From a virus: a DNA stretch of 40,503 nt. The stretch lies in the IMG/VR virus record IMGVR_UViG_3300045988_128720. One strand, written 5' to 3'. Positions 29,701 through 35,630 of this stretch are shown piece by piece; positions within the stretch are counted from its first letter, which is position 1; each line of letters opens with the position of its first letter. Below the pieces are notes generated by a model, which saw nothing but the letters and a program-made list of their open reading frames with translations, had not been told where the DNA came from and did no database searches. Position numbers and translations under genes: made by a program.

Positions 29701-30811
29701 CACAAAGACCGAGCGGGATATTGGGTACAACACCCGAAAGATGGAGAACAAAATTCCCGGACTAAGTATGACCAACGAGCCGTACATTGACCAGTGGGGG
29801 CGCGAGGAAGCGAGCCTTGACGGCACGGATGACACGGCGGGCGGGATGTTTTTGCGCGGGGTGTACAATTTTGGCAGCCCCGGATATTACAGCGCCGAGA
29901 ACGTAACGCCTGTTGACGAATATCTGCAAGGACTGTACGGCAGCACGAACGACAGCCATGTCTTGCCGGAAAAAGCCAGCAGCAAAATTACCGTTGACAG
30001 CAAAGACTACTACATGACCCCGGAGGAAAAGACCGAATACGCCAAGACGAGCGGGCAGACGGCCTATGACATTGTAGACAGCCTGCGGCAGAACGATCTA
30101 TTTTTGAAGCTGCCGGAAGACCAGCAGAGTGCGCTTGTACAGGAAGCATACAGCGTTGCCAAGACCGCTGGCGGCGTGGCGGCTGTGGGTGACGGCGTAA
30201 GCGGCACGAACTCGAAAGCCTACGAAGCGTATCAGCAGGGCGGCGTTCCGACGCTGGAAAGCTATCTGCTTGCCAAAAACGCAACGGATATTGCCAGGAA
30301 TGAAAAGCGAGAAGCGACCGGGAGCGATACTGCGAGCCTGGACACGGTGGAGACCTGGAACACGTTGTACAGCCAATTTGGTGATGATGCCATCCCGCAG
30401 TTCGTAGATACCACAGATGATGACAGTGCTGTGCGGCGCATTGACCAGTATGCGGGAAACAACGGTGTAAGCGCTTATATGCGTGCCTATAGCGCTGTTG
30501 CAAACACACTGGAAGAAGGACAGACGCCAAACAAGTACTATGTAGGCATCGGCATGCAGAAGTATGGCCTTAACGGGGAGGATTTTGCAAGAGCTTACCT
30601 TGCAGCATACAGCAAAACCGACAAAAAAGGTGCTGAAATGTACGAAAAGTACGGCGTAGACGGCCTAAAAGGCTGGGTTGAGTTTAAAGCCTATGCCGAT
30701 GCAGACGGAAACGGGCACTTGAAAAAGACCGAAGTCACCGACCAGTTAAACAAAATGAGCCTTACTGAACAGCTGTACAACGCCTACTACAATGCAGCAA
30801 TGGGGAAATGA
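23786..30811 (+). CDS. giant 2341-aa multidomain protein (polyvalent / internal ejection-type protein candidate)
   Basis: Uninterrupted ORF with an AAGGAGG RBS. Lys/Ser-rich N-terminal region. Central block GLMVSPKSVEELQQPGTITFMGEDGLSGALVTADGDIEAVFKN...LDCYGADLVNTYNRFGFEPVAKVEW is GNAT-like by eye. A later block reads SIRYLSMLGNTRTHARNVLGN...LPFKKTPLNIAKNAMEYN, and there is a hydrophobic segment GLTGTALMGIGGILAYNGLL. Confidence 0.85.
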   Translation: MAKMRSRTEALVNAYLNNYQNANATTVSGGQSAQQSAQSRGSAIMNATDKTLPTLKDYSADVLNGIVKSADNAQSTAISNFKLAKKQIEAEQKAAEKAAKAAAKSSGRSSSKKSGKRSSSTSSTDDTSGSNTSLDSLFGNGENTSTSSQKSSGGNYSKTRTNEERNASARARYDGSKQEKSDIKYRAKQKAERTAQMLKDKQTAANAGANKGKAVGKSYAEQKNAGNTAAQPAQSRAVTRGGKVIGSSYAAAGSAPSAAETQAAKDKRNDYKSRQEDIAAALKKLQTDASYRTELAAPGRRLTSAEIQAVKEYNQNPGDLNKQVQAGELSLDDYNKQGQELARMNQKASLNGLGQDMQAFTSGLMTSVPFLKQVDSAVKDYGNKATNGQYGKALESGAVADFLPMLENSKEQNRIAAGAGTMVGKAAQYNLFNNLMEGTPLAETMGKVGGKVASAASKVPVLGRFATPAAGEALGRILTDQTADTALDTIPSLVNDLQTYNDQQNRIKNGEQVDDALTPGQIGLNTLGNVAQNFAFNAIPEVGGAVLNRLKGTAGDAAQDALKQADDAAQDVQKSVPARNIVQPEANGTTGLAAQLQQMNTPDAANRSALDTLDELRGQVNLNGAQEKEAEQLRRAVLQRQQEIGDEAKLALQNSDSLPIDAQAAKAYNEVNGGVVNDNLGTGVRADVPVNADAGASYEAKPGGSRSGVAGQTGAAGLGSAASGNGAGVQGTAAKNAQTVAEWAKSITGKGRQSVYTRRIENLHNAMQNGSSRESLAEEAANIAAGLVKESDFAEPLDEATSALREYMKRTPIRLDEKAAGDILYTSGLKNIQQYNFQNGTKFSMTDGIPYDTAMQELGEMGVGVNGSSIDDLLKAVDASNAKPLVDSDRAAAVADYYRDFILDGPSDRQLGADDFADWLDVQSFNRDAPDYVQRLLERDNSTAIDGVGNARYNVNNIGGAQNGTEINVGRSIEGTEPGGTGTGYPDVQGAWRNADGNQRVFRQPVMDDSQRQAVESTGATWGNIQDTTSDPQRFSKALDESIAANKHGLMVSPKSVEELQQPGTITFMGEDGLSGALVTADGDIEAVFKNPASKTKRASTQLLITAVENGGNKLDCYGADLVNTYNRFGFEPVAKVEWNPDYAPDGWTYGPKDVYVMKLQDGVDADSILQRLGKSEADGGFHTYTTAELDALPTMEYDEALAYRDSLLKSPSADAGGADALRSAASPLNGSESVPENAIGAASTQYNRAEVPNQDYANQRAMGGKIDADEAAAAGIGQQTHTVYSRAEGKDTAKQDFDLLVQQNGDILSAGRTVADELTRKSADGNFDASDVYRGYYAADQLQNMLNSYEKGSADAQLVQAQIENLNRAVSAGQSKNAQALSAGRWAQIDEYTPIRKFEQITQRKVNDFAKTRDGKQLEYLATDVVEMAKSGPQDEEFTAFLKAQGVDVRDNPLNAQMDDLAKRIKSMADTKGIKATDEQAKSAAASIFAGGNADDVFNAMARKSLGIENLSQEDYDYVKNAFAEMADMPDSKARYEKEMDAYKRLTKYMPAKTFGDKMESIRYLSMLGNTRTHARNVLGNVSMGVVTRAKDNVSGVMQLALPKDQRTKAVGTTLTADGRKMVDLAKEYGQNKMYSVLYNDGKFNAESGLRAAQDTFTSKPGKVIQKAADINSALLEKEDNIFLSSAFGNAMASQLKARGYDSSVFTATDAKSKQALVDAAATALRDAKEATFHEDNFLSTALKNYQNDIKGHGVGGKILWAVGEGVLPFKKTPLNIAKNAMEYNIVGGTVEAAYRYAAGASSADVIDAAAKGLTGTALMGIGGILAYNGLLNGSKSGDDRADAFDEMTGKQEYSINIPGKGTYTIDWASPASVPLLMGAEIANEWQNGGLSVTKFLDAARKIGNPILDTTMLQGLNDTLDSVSYADSDDKLGTLITGTLGSYAQQYVPTALGQIARTIDPLRRSTYGGGDTKTERDIGYNTRKMENKIPGLSMTNEPYIDQWGREEASLDGTDDTAGGMFLRGVYNFGSPGYYSAENVTPVDEYLQGLYGSTNDSHVLPEKASSKITVDSKDYYMTPEEKTEYAKTSGQTAYDIVDSLRQNDLFLKLPEDQQSALVQEAYSVAKTAGGVAAVGDGVSGTNSKAYEAYQQGGVPTLESYLLAKNATDIARNEKREATGSDTASLDTVETWNTLYSQFGDDAIPQFVDTTDDDSAVRRIDQYAGNNGVSAYMRAYSAVANTLEEGQTPNKYYVGIGMQKYGLNGEDFARAYLAAYSKTDKKGAEMYEKYGVDGLKGWVEFKAYADADGNGHLKKTEVTDQLNKMSLTEQLYNAYYNAAMGK

Positions 30812-31002
30812 CCATGAAGTTTGATTTTTGTATGAGCCGGGACGAGTATGACGACCTGGTGTTCAGCCTGACGGACGACGAGAGGGAAGTACTGGACATG
30901 CGGCGGCATGGGCGGCGCAATGCGGAGATCGCGGCGGAAATGAACTGCTGTGAGCGGACAGTAAACCGGCATGTAAGAAGCATCAAGAACAAATGGAAAT
31001 AA
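30808..31002 (+). CDS. 64-aa sigma-70 region-4 / LuxR-type HTH protein
   Basis: LTDDEREVLDMRRHGRRNAEIAAEMNCCERTVNRHVRSIKNKW. The start overlaps the stop of the giant ORF. Confidence 0.7.
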   Translation: MTMKFDFCMSRDEYDDLVFSLTDDEREVLDMRRHGRRNAEIAAEMNCCERTVNRHVRSIKNKWK

Positions 31003-31014
31003 CCACCTGATTTT

Positions 31015-31057
31015 GCGGGGGCAATGTGCTGAAAAGGCATGTTGCCCCCGCTTTTTT
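31015..31057 (+). terminator. intrinsic terminator
   Basis: 10-bp stem GCGGGGGCAA / UUGCCCCCGC, then six T. Confidence 0.8.
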
Positions 31058-31176
31058 GTTTTTGGCGCAAAGATGGCGTGAAGGTGGCGCGTTGGTGGCC
31101 TACGGGAGAACCTTATACACGGTATACTATAAGTACCATAAGCGCTGTGGAAATTACTGTGAAAGGAACCTGAACT

Positions 31177-31740
31177 ATGGAAATGAATTATGCTTCCAAA
31201 GGCGTTGCCAATGCTGGCCTTGCCACCGGCATTATCGGCACCAGCCTGGGCGCCCTGAATGCGCTTGGCGGCATGGGCGCACTTACCGGTGTGATTGGCC
31301 CGCGCAGCATTTGCAGCGAAGATCACACCGTCAACCGCTATGATCTGGCGCAGGAGCAGAAAATTGCAGAATTGCAGAGCCAGATCGCACTGCGGGATGC
31401 CAACGCCTACGGCGACCAGAAAATGCTGGAAATGTACAAGTACATTGACGGCAAGCTGAATGCCATTGACACGAAGTTCTGCGAGCAGGCCGTGCACAAC
31501 CAGCGCACGGAGGACAGCTTTACATTGGCGCGGCAGGACATTGCATCGGTGCGCAGTGAGCTTGACCAGAAGATCAAGCTGGAAGCCGAGCGCCGTTGCT
31601 GCGGTGACAACTCCATCGTGACTTACGCAAACGCTACCTTCTACCCGAAGATGGTTGCGGACGTTACTGTAGGCACCGCCACGACTGCGCAGACGCTGTA
31701 CAATCCGCTGCCAAAATGCGGTTGCGATTGCAACAGCTGA
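31177..31740 (+). CDS. 187-aa protein with a Gly-zipper-like N-terminus, coiled coil and Cys-rich C-terminus (moron candidate)
   Basis: GAAAGGAAC RBS. GVANAGLATGIIGTSLGALNALGGMGALTGVIG; C-terminal motifs RRCCGDN and KCGCDCNS. Terminators lie on both sides. Confidence 0.7.
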   Translation: MEMNYASKGVANAGLATGIIGTSLGALNALGGMGALTGVIGPRSICSEDHTVNRYDLAQEQKIAELQSQIALRDANAYGDQKMLEMYKYIDGKLNAIDTKFCEQAVHNQRTEDSFTLARQDIASVRSELDQKIKLEAERRCCGDNSIVTYANATFYPKMVADVTVGTATTAQTLYNPLPKCGCDCNS

Positions 31741-31747
31741 ACGCGAG

Positions 31748-31775
31748 GGGGCGGCAACAGCCGCCCCTTTATTTT
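31748..31775 (+). terminator. intrinsic terminator
   Basis: 8-bp stem GGGGCGGC / GCCGCCCC, AACA loop, then TTTATTTT. Confidence 0.8.
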
Positions 31776-31794
31776 ATGATGCGAGGTGTATCAC

Positions 31795-32136
31795 ATGGTC
31801 AGTATCGAGAAAGTACAGCGCGGCATTGCCGCCTACATGGAGCAGGAAATCATTGCCCGGTTGCCGGAAGGCAGTCTTGGAAAAGCAGCAGCAAAGGGCG
31901 CAAAGTTCGTGTTTTTGGCACGGAGCAAACAGGCTCTTGATACGCTGGCACAAAACCCCGTTGCAAAAGCGTTCGGGCTTGCAGACACCGGGGAACTGGA
32001 CGTGGATATGGCGTGCGATGCGGCAAAAGAAGCCATCGGGGATGGTGGCCTTACCGTTAATTTGCCTGTGCTTGGCAGCCTTACTTTTTACCCTGCTGAT
32101 GTGGATACGCTGAAACGCATGATCGTGAGTGCATAA
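31795..32136 (+). CDS. hypothetical protein (113 aa)
   Basis: GAGGTG lies 6 nt before ATG 31795. ORF track frame. Confidence 0.65.
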   Translation: MVSIEKVQRGIAAYMEQEIIARLPEGSLGKAAAKGAKFVFLARSKQALDTLAQNPVAKAFGLADTGELDVDMACDAAKEAIGDGGLTVNLPVLGSLTFYPADVDTLKRMIVSA

Positions 32137-32145
32137 GGAGCCAAC

Positions 32146-32586
32146 ATGAACTATCTTGAAAAGCTGGAAGCGGAAAAGCTCAATTACATGGAACTGCCTG
32201 TAACGCTGGGCAGTATGGAGATGATCCGCGAGATTGAAAAGACGAAAGAATGCCTGCATGGCAGCCGAACCGGGGAAGAACTTACCCGGGAAGACGCAGA
32301 AACATGGCAGCGCCACATGCAGAACGCCGACGGCACAACGGGTGCCCATTGGGAGCCGGAACAGACCCGCGTGTATATGGAATCCCGCGGGGTTGACTGC
32401 GAGATTTGGAAGTGGGCCGCTGTGATGAACATGATGTACAGCGACTACTGCAAGGTTGCACGCAAGAACAGTGTGGACAGGCCGGAGTTTTACGCAGACC
32501 TTGCGGCGGCGTTTTTGGAGGACAAGGACGCGCCGGAGGACAAGGCCGGGCGGTACTACCACAATATTGCGGCAGTGCAGGAATAA
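32146..32586 (+). CDS. hypothetical protein (146 aa), conserved phage family by memory (…WAAVMNMMYSDYCKVA…FYADLAAAFLEDKDA…)
   Basis: AAGGAGCCAAC RBS. ORF track entry. Confidence 0.7.
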   Translation: MNYLEKLEAEKLNYMELPVTLGSMEMIREIEKTKECLHGSRTGEELTREDAETWQRHMQNADGTTGAHWEPEQTRVYMESRGVDCEIWKWAAVMNMMYSDYCKVARKNSVDRPEFYADLAAAFLEDKDAPEDKAGRYYHNIAAVQE

Positions 32587-32635
32587 AAAGCAGCCCGCAG
32601 TTGTTCGGAATTTCCGAACTGCTGCGGGCTTTTGT
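32587..32635. terminator. long bidirectional terminator between the convergent late (+) and early (-) transcription units
   Basis: ~19-bp hairpin AGCCCGCAGUUGUUCGGAA / UUCCGAACUGCUGCGGGCU, with an A-run upstream and a T-run downstream. Confidence 0.8.
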
Positions 32636-33081
32636 TATGGGAGAATGTCGATTTCCCAGCCGGAGGGAAGTTCTAAGAGAAACAAGCCGGTGCGTTCCTG
32701 CGCACGTACCCAGAAATCAGAACGGTTCAGTTCTTTTGCTGTATCCCGGCGTGATTTGCCCTCAAAGTAAATGGCAATCAGGACGGATTGCTGGTCGGAG
32801 TTGAGTGGTTTCATAGCTTCGTGCCGCTTGCAATAGGCTGTGTTCATCTCGGCGCGGGCACGGCAGTACCGGGCATAGGCTTTGTCGTACCGCTCTGCCA
32901 GGCGGGCGACAGGGTCAGAGCGGGTGTTGCCTTTGGGCATACCGTCGGCAGGGTGGGCCGACATAGCGGCGTTGGATTCATAGAATTTATCGCGGGCCTC
33001 GATGAATGCTTTCTGATAGGCGGCGTATTTTTCCATCCATTTTTGACGCTGAGTGTTGCCGCAGGGTACATTATTTGCCAT
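32635..33081 (-). CDS. DUF1492 / sigma-region-4-like late transcription regulator (148 aa)
   Basis: GGAGGAAATCAGCA precedes ATG 33079-33081. GMPKGNTRSDPVARLAERY...LNSDQQSVLIAIYFEGKSRRDTAKELNRSDFWVRAQERTG matches the ArpU/RinA/DUF1492 pattern (memory-based). Last gene of the early operon. Confidence 0.7.
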   Translation of the reverse strand: MANNVPCGNTQRQKWMEKYAAYQKAFIEARDKFYESNAAMSAHPADGMPKGNTRSDPVARLAERYDKAYARYCRARAEMNTAYCKRHEAMKPLNSDQQSVLIAIYFEGKSRRDTAKELNRSDFWVRAQERTGLFLLELPSGWEIDILP

Positions 33082-33430
33082 TGCTGATTTCCTCCAACCA
33101 GTAATCTTTTTTGCACTGTTCACATGGTTTCCCGTTCTTTACGCATTTGCTTTTATATGATTTATCAATCTTTTTAGGGCATATATTTATAATGCCGTTT
33201 TTCATTGGGGCATCTGAAAAATACCTTTTAAAAGCATCTTGCCTTGTACGCGGCCACTTTTCCGCCCAATCAATTAGCTTTTGCGTTCGATCTATAACTT
33301 TTATCGTGTCATAGTTGCATAAAGCACAGCCAAGACTTTTACCATCACTGTTTAGCGGACATGCTGCGCAAAAGCCATTGTACATATTGCAAAGCTGGGC
33401 ACGGTATATTTCGTATTGAAAAGCGTCCAT
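33071..33430 (-). CDS. Cys-rich protein (119 aa), AT-richer paralogue of 34590-34943
   Basis: AAGGAGCAAGA RBS. Shared pattern W(A/S)(E/K)..P..TRQ(D/S).F...F..A......ICP....C..C...YWL.E. Confidence 0.7.
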   Translation of the reverse strand: MDAFQYEIYRAQLCNMYNGFCAACPLNSDGKSLGCALCNYDTIKVIDRTQKLIDWAEKWPRTRQDAFKRYFSDAPMKNGIINICPKKIDKSYKSKCVKNGKPCEQCKKDYWLEEISNGK

Positions 33431-33551
33431 TCTTGCTCCTTTCTTCCAGTTTCATGCAGCGCGGAAGCGTGCAAATATCGCCATTCTTCCACTCGCATGT
33501 CGCGCAAAGATGTACGCGGGCGTATTCATCAATTAGTTGCTGTTTTGTCAT
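33345..33551 (-). CDS. 68-aa Cys-containing protein overlapping the next gene by 86 nt
   Basis: GGAGGTGACCCC precedes ATG 33549-33551. The N-terminal 40 aa look protein-like (CATCEWKNGDICTLPRC). The tail overlaps the RBS and start of 33430. Confidence 0.5.
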   Translation of the reverse strand: MTKQQLIDEYARVHLCATCEWKNGDICTLPRCMKLEERSKNGRFSIRNIPCPALQYVQWLLRSMSAKQ

Positions 33552-33568
33552 GGGGTCACCTCCGGCAA

Positions 33569-33859
33569 CTATCGTTCACGAGCGAACGCATAAGCGTTCG
33601 ACATCTTTGCACCACATTCCGGGCAATATTGGTAATTATACGGTATAAACGCAAAACATGACTTGCAGTAAGTGCACATATAAGCCACATCTTGTATTCT
33701 TTTCCAATGCGCCGTAGGCCGCAGGGATTCTGGGTCGATAGTCGGCATACAGTCAACATCATCAACAGCAACTGCGTCAAACTCGCCACATTCCGGTGCA
33801 TCGCGGAACATCACTTTTGTGGCACGCTTCTTTAGCTCGTCTACATCAATCAGGCGCAT
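33569..33859 (-). CDS. 96-aa protein with a C-terminal zinc ribbon (CTYCKSC...CPECG)
   Basis: GGAGGTGA lies 5 nt before ATG 33857-33859. MRLIDVDELKK is a common phage N-terminus (memory-based). Confidence 0.7.
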   Translation of the reverse strand: MRLIDVDELKKRATKVMFRDAPECGEFDAVAVDDVDCMPTIDPESLRPTAHWKRIQDVAYMCTYCKSCFAFIPYNYQYCPECGAKMSNAYAFARER

Positions 33860-34007
33860 TATCTTCACCTCCGTGTGTATGTTCCATGCTGATATTTTCT
33901 TCCCTCTGTTGCGTTGCTTCCCGGCCAGCGGATACGCCCAGAGCGTAGAATACTACGAACAGGGCGGCAAGGGCTGCGCCGCCGATGATGTTTGCTAGGA
34001 TGGTCAT
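33846..34007 (-). CDS. 53-aa single-TM protein
   Basis: GAGGAGGT RBS, ATGA overlap with the upstream gene, TM helix ILANIIGGAALAALFVVFYALGV. Confidence 0.6.
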   Translation of the reverse strand: MTILANIIGGAALAALFVVFYALGVSAGREATQQREENISMEHTHGGEDNAPD

Positions 34008-34597
34008 TCGGATACCTCCTCTACATACGCCATGTTCTGGCGCAGATTGAGCGATTTCGGATTTAGAATACAAGCCGGTACGACAGTGCCGCCGTTGCAC
34101 GCACCGTAGTTGTACAGCAGACCATCCGTGTTCATAGTGCGAACGACGATCGATTCCCCCGCGTCGGAATCCTTATCGCCACAGCCCAAAGGCGTGGCAG
34201 TCCAAATCAATCTTTCTATGTCGTAGTGTGGGATGAACTCGCGGTACTTGCGATACTCGTCGCAAGTCAAGATAAAAACGGTGTCTTTCACCGTTCCATA
34301 GGCGCGGTCGCCGTTGTCTGCCACAAGGTCAACGGTATGTGGCAGCAGACTTTTTCCCTCGAAAACAGCGTTCGCCATATCAGATAGAATCCCACGCACA
34401 TTACTCGTGCGGTAGTTGTTCCAGTTGCCATTTTCATCGACGAATTTATCACTTGGGCAAAACTTTACATCTTTTGCCCACGGTCTTGCCATAATAGACA
34501 GCACGCCGCCGTCAGGGTGGTTCGGTTCAAGACAGATCCACTCGTAACCTTTGAACATGAAGCGTTCGCCGGGGCGCAGGGTGGTTATGTTAGTCAT
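34004..34597 (-). CDS. DUF6273-like protein (197 aa)
   Basis: GGAGGT RBS. FMFKGYEWICLEPNHPDGGVLSIMARPW recalls the DUF6273 family (memory-based). Confidence 0.65.
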   Translation of the reverse strand: MTNITTLRPGERFMFKGYEWICLEPNHPDGGVLSIMARPWAKDVKFCPSDKFVDENGNWNNYRTSNVRGILSDMANAVFEGKSLLPHTVDLVADNGDRAYGTVKDTVFILTCDEYRKYREFIPHYDIERLIWTATPLGCGDKDSDAGESIVVRTMNTDGLLYNYGACNGGTVVPACILNPKSLNLRQNMAYVEEVSE

Positions 34598-34943
34598 TGT
34601 CGGGTACCTCCGTGAGCCAGTAAGCCAATCTGCAATCGTCGCACGTAGTATTACAGCAATCTTCTTTTGGCCTGTAAATATTTTCGACGAATTTTGGGCA
34701 CATAGAAAGCACTTCTCCATCCATTTCCGCCTTCGGGAACATCTTCAAGAACTCGCTCTGGCGGGTCTTGGCGGGGTGGTCTTTTGACCATTGCTCTACA
34801 ATAGCGACAGTCTCTTTTTCCTTACCACTTTTTGCGCCAAAATCAATGCAGCATTCGCCATCGATATATGCTACGCAAGTATCGCATCCTCCTGACGATT
34901 TGCACATGCGCCTTGATTTTTTCAAATAATCTACAGCGTCCAT
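34590..34943 (-). CDS. Cys-rich protein (117 aa), paralogue of 33071-33430
   Basis: ORF track entry with the shared motif pattern EQWSKDHPAKTRQSEFLKMFPKAEMDGEVLSMCP...CDDCRLAYWLTE. Confidence 0.7.
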   Translation of the reverse strand: MDAVDYLKKSRRMCKSSGGCDTCVAYIDGECCIDFGAKSGKEKETVAIVEQWSKDHPAKTRQSEFLKMFPKAEMDGEVLSMCPKFVENIYRPKEDCCNTTCDDCRLAYWLTEVPDND

Positions 34944-35242
34944 AAAAATTTCTCCTTATCGTATCCGCGCTGCACATATTGTCCGTAGGAGATTCCCAGC
35001 GCGGCGGCTTCTCTTACGCATTGTTCAATGGATTTGATGCGGGGTTTCAGTACTGCCTTTTTATCCGGCTTCTTTGCCTGCATGGCAGAAATAACACCAT
35101 GCTGCTGCGCTTTCTTCTTTTCGTAGTTCAGCTTTGCCTTTTGCCTCGCTTTTTCTTTTATGCAAGTATCGCAGAACCGCTTGCAGGGCTGCACGTCCCA
35201 CATCATCTTGCCGCATTTCTCGCAGAATTTAGATACTGTCAT
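34931..35242 (-). CDS. zinc-finger protein (103 aa; CEKCG...CDTC) with a basic linker and HTH-like C-terminus
   Basis: ORF track entry. ATGA-type overlaps with both neighbouring genes. Confidence 0.65.
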   Translation of the reverse strand: MTVSKFCEKCGKMMWDVQPCKRFCDTCIKEKARQKAKLNYEKKKAQQHGVISAMQAKKPDKKAVLKPRIKSIEQCVREAAALGISYGQYVQRGYDKEKFLWTL

Positions 35243-35577
35243 AGCGGCTCCTCCGTCTTTTTGGCATCAATGCCGATGCCCTGTAGTGTTACCTGTGCCC
35301 AAAGGTCTGCAAGCTGGTCGTTGCGGTACTCATTGTATTTGTCGGCCACCGGGCCGGTCATGTAATTCTGGATTTTAACAAACGTCCGGCGGGATAAACC
35401 TGCCTGATAACAGGCCAGCAAGCAAAGATATATTGCCCTCGTGGCAATGTCGCTACGCTCTTTCATTACCGCTTCATAGGCGCTGGATTGAATGTCCTTG
35501 ATTTTTTCTTCGGCATATTCGTCAACGACTTTCTGCAATGCCGGGGTAGGGTGTAGTCTTGCTTTCACGTCTTTCAA
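35239..35577 (-). CDS. hypothetical protein (about 110 aa); start uncertain (TTG or GTG)
   Basis: ORF track frame. GGAAAGAG lies upstream of GTG 35566-35568. Confidence 0.6.
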   Translation of the reverse strand: MKDVKARLHPTPALQKVVDEYAEEKIKDIQSSAYEAVMKERSDIATRAIYLCLLACYQAGLSRRTFVKIQNYMTGPVADKYNEYRNDQLADLWAQVTLQGIGIDAKKTEEPL

Positions 35578-35630
35578 CTCTTTCCTGTTTTGTATAATCC
35601 GTATTTTCTGACATCGCGGCGGATCTTAAT

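Noticed and set aside
23786-30811. Tape-measure protein assignment for the giant ORF
   Set aside because: It lies after the lysis genes. No tail tube, sheath, chaperone-frameshift or baseplate genes are present. The central enzyme-like domains are atypical for tape-measure proteins.
8649-32586. Stop-codon recoding or suppressor tRNA in the late genes
   Set aside because: All large late ORFs, including the 2341-aa one, are uninterrupted in the standard code. Neither tRNA-like element has a CUA, UCA or UUA anticodon.
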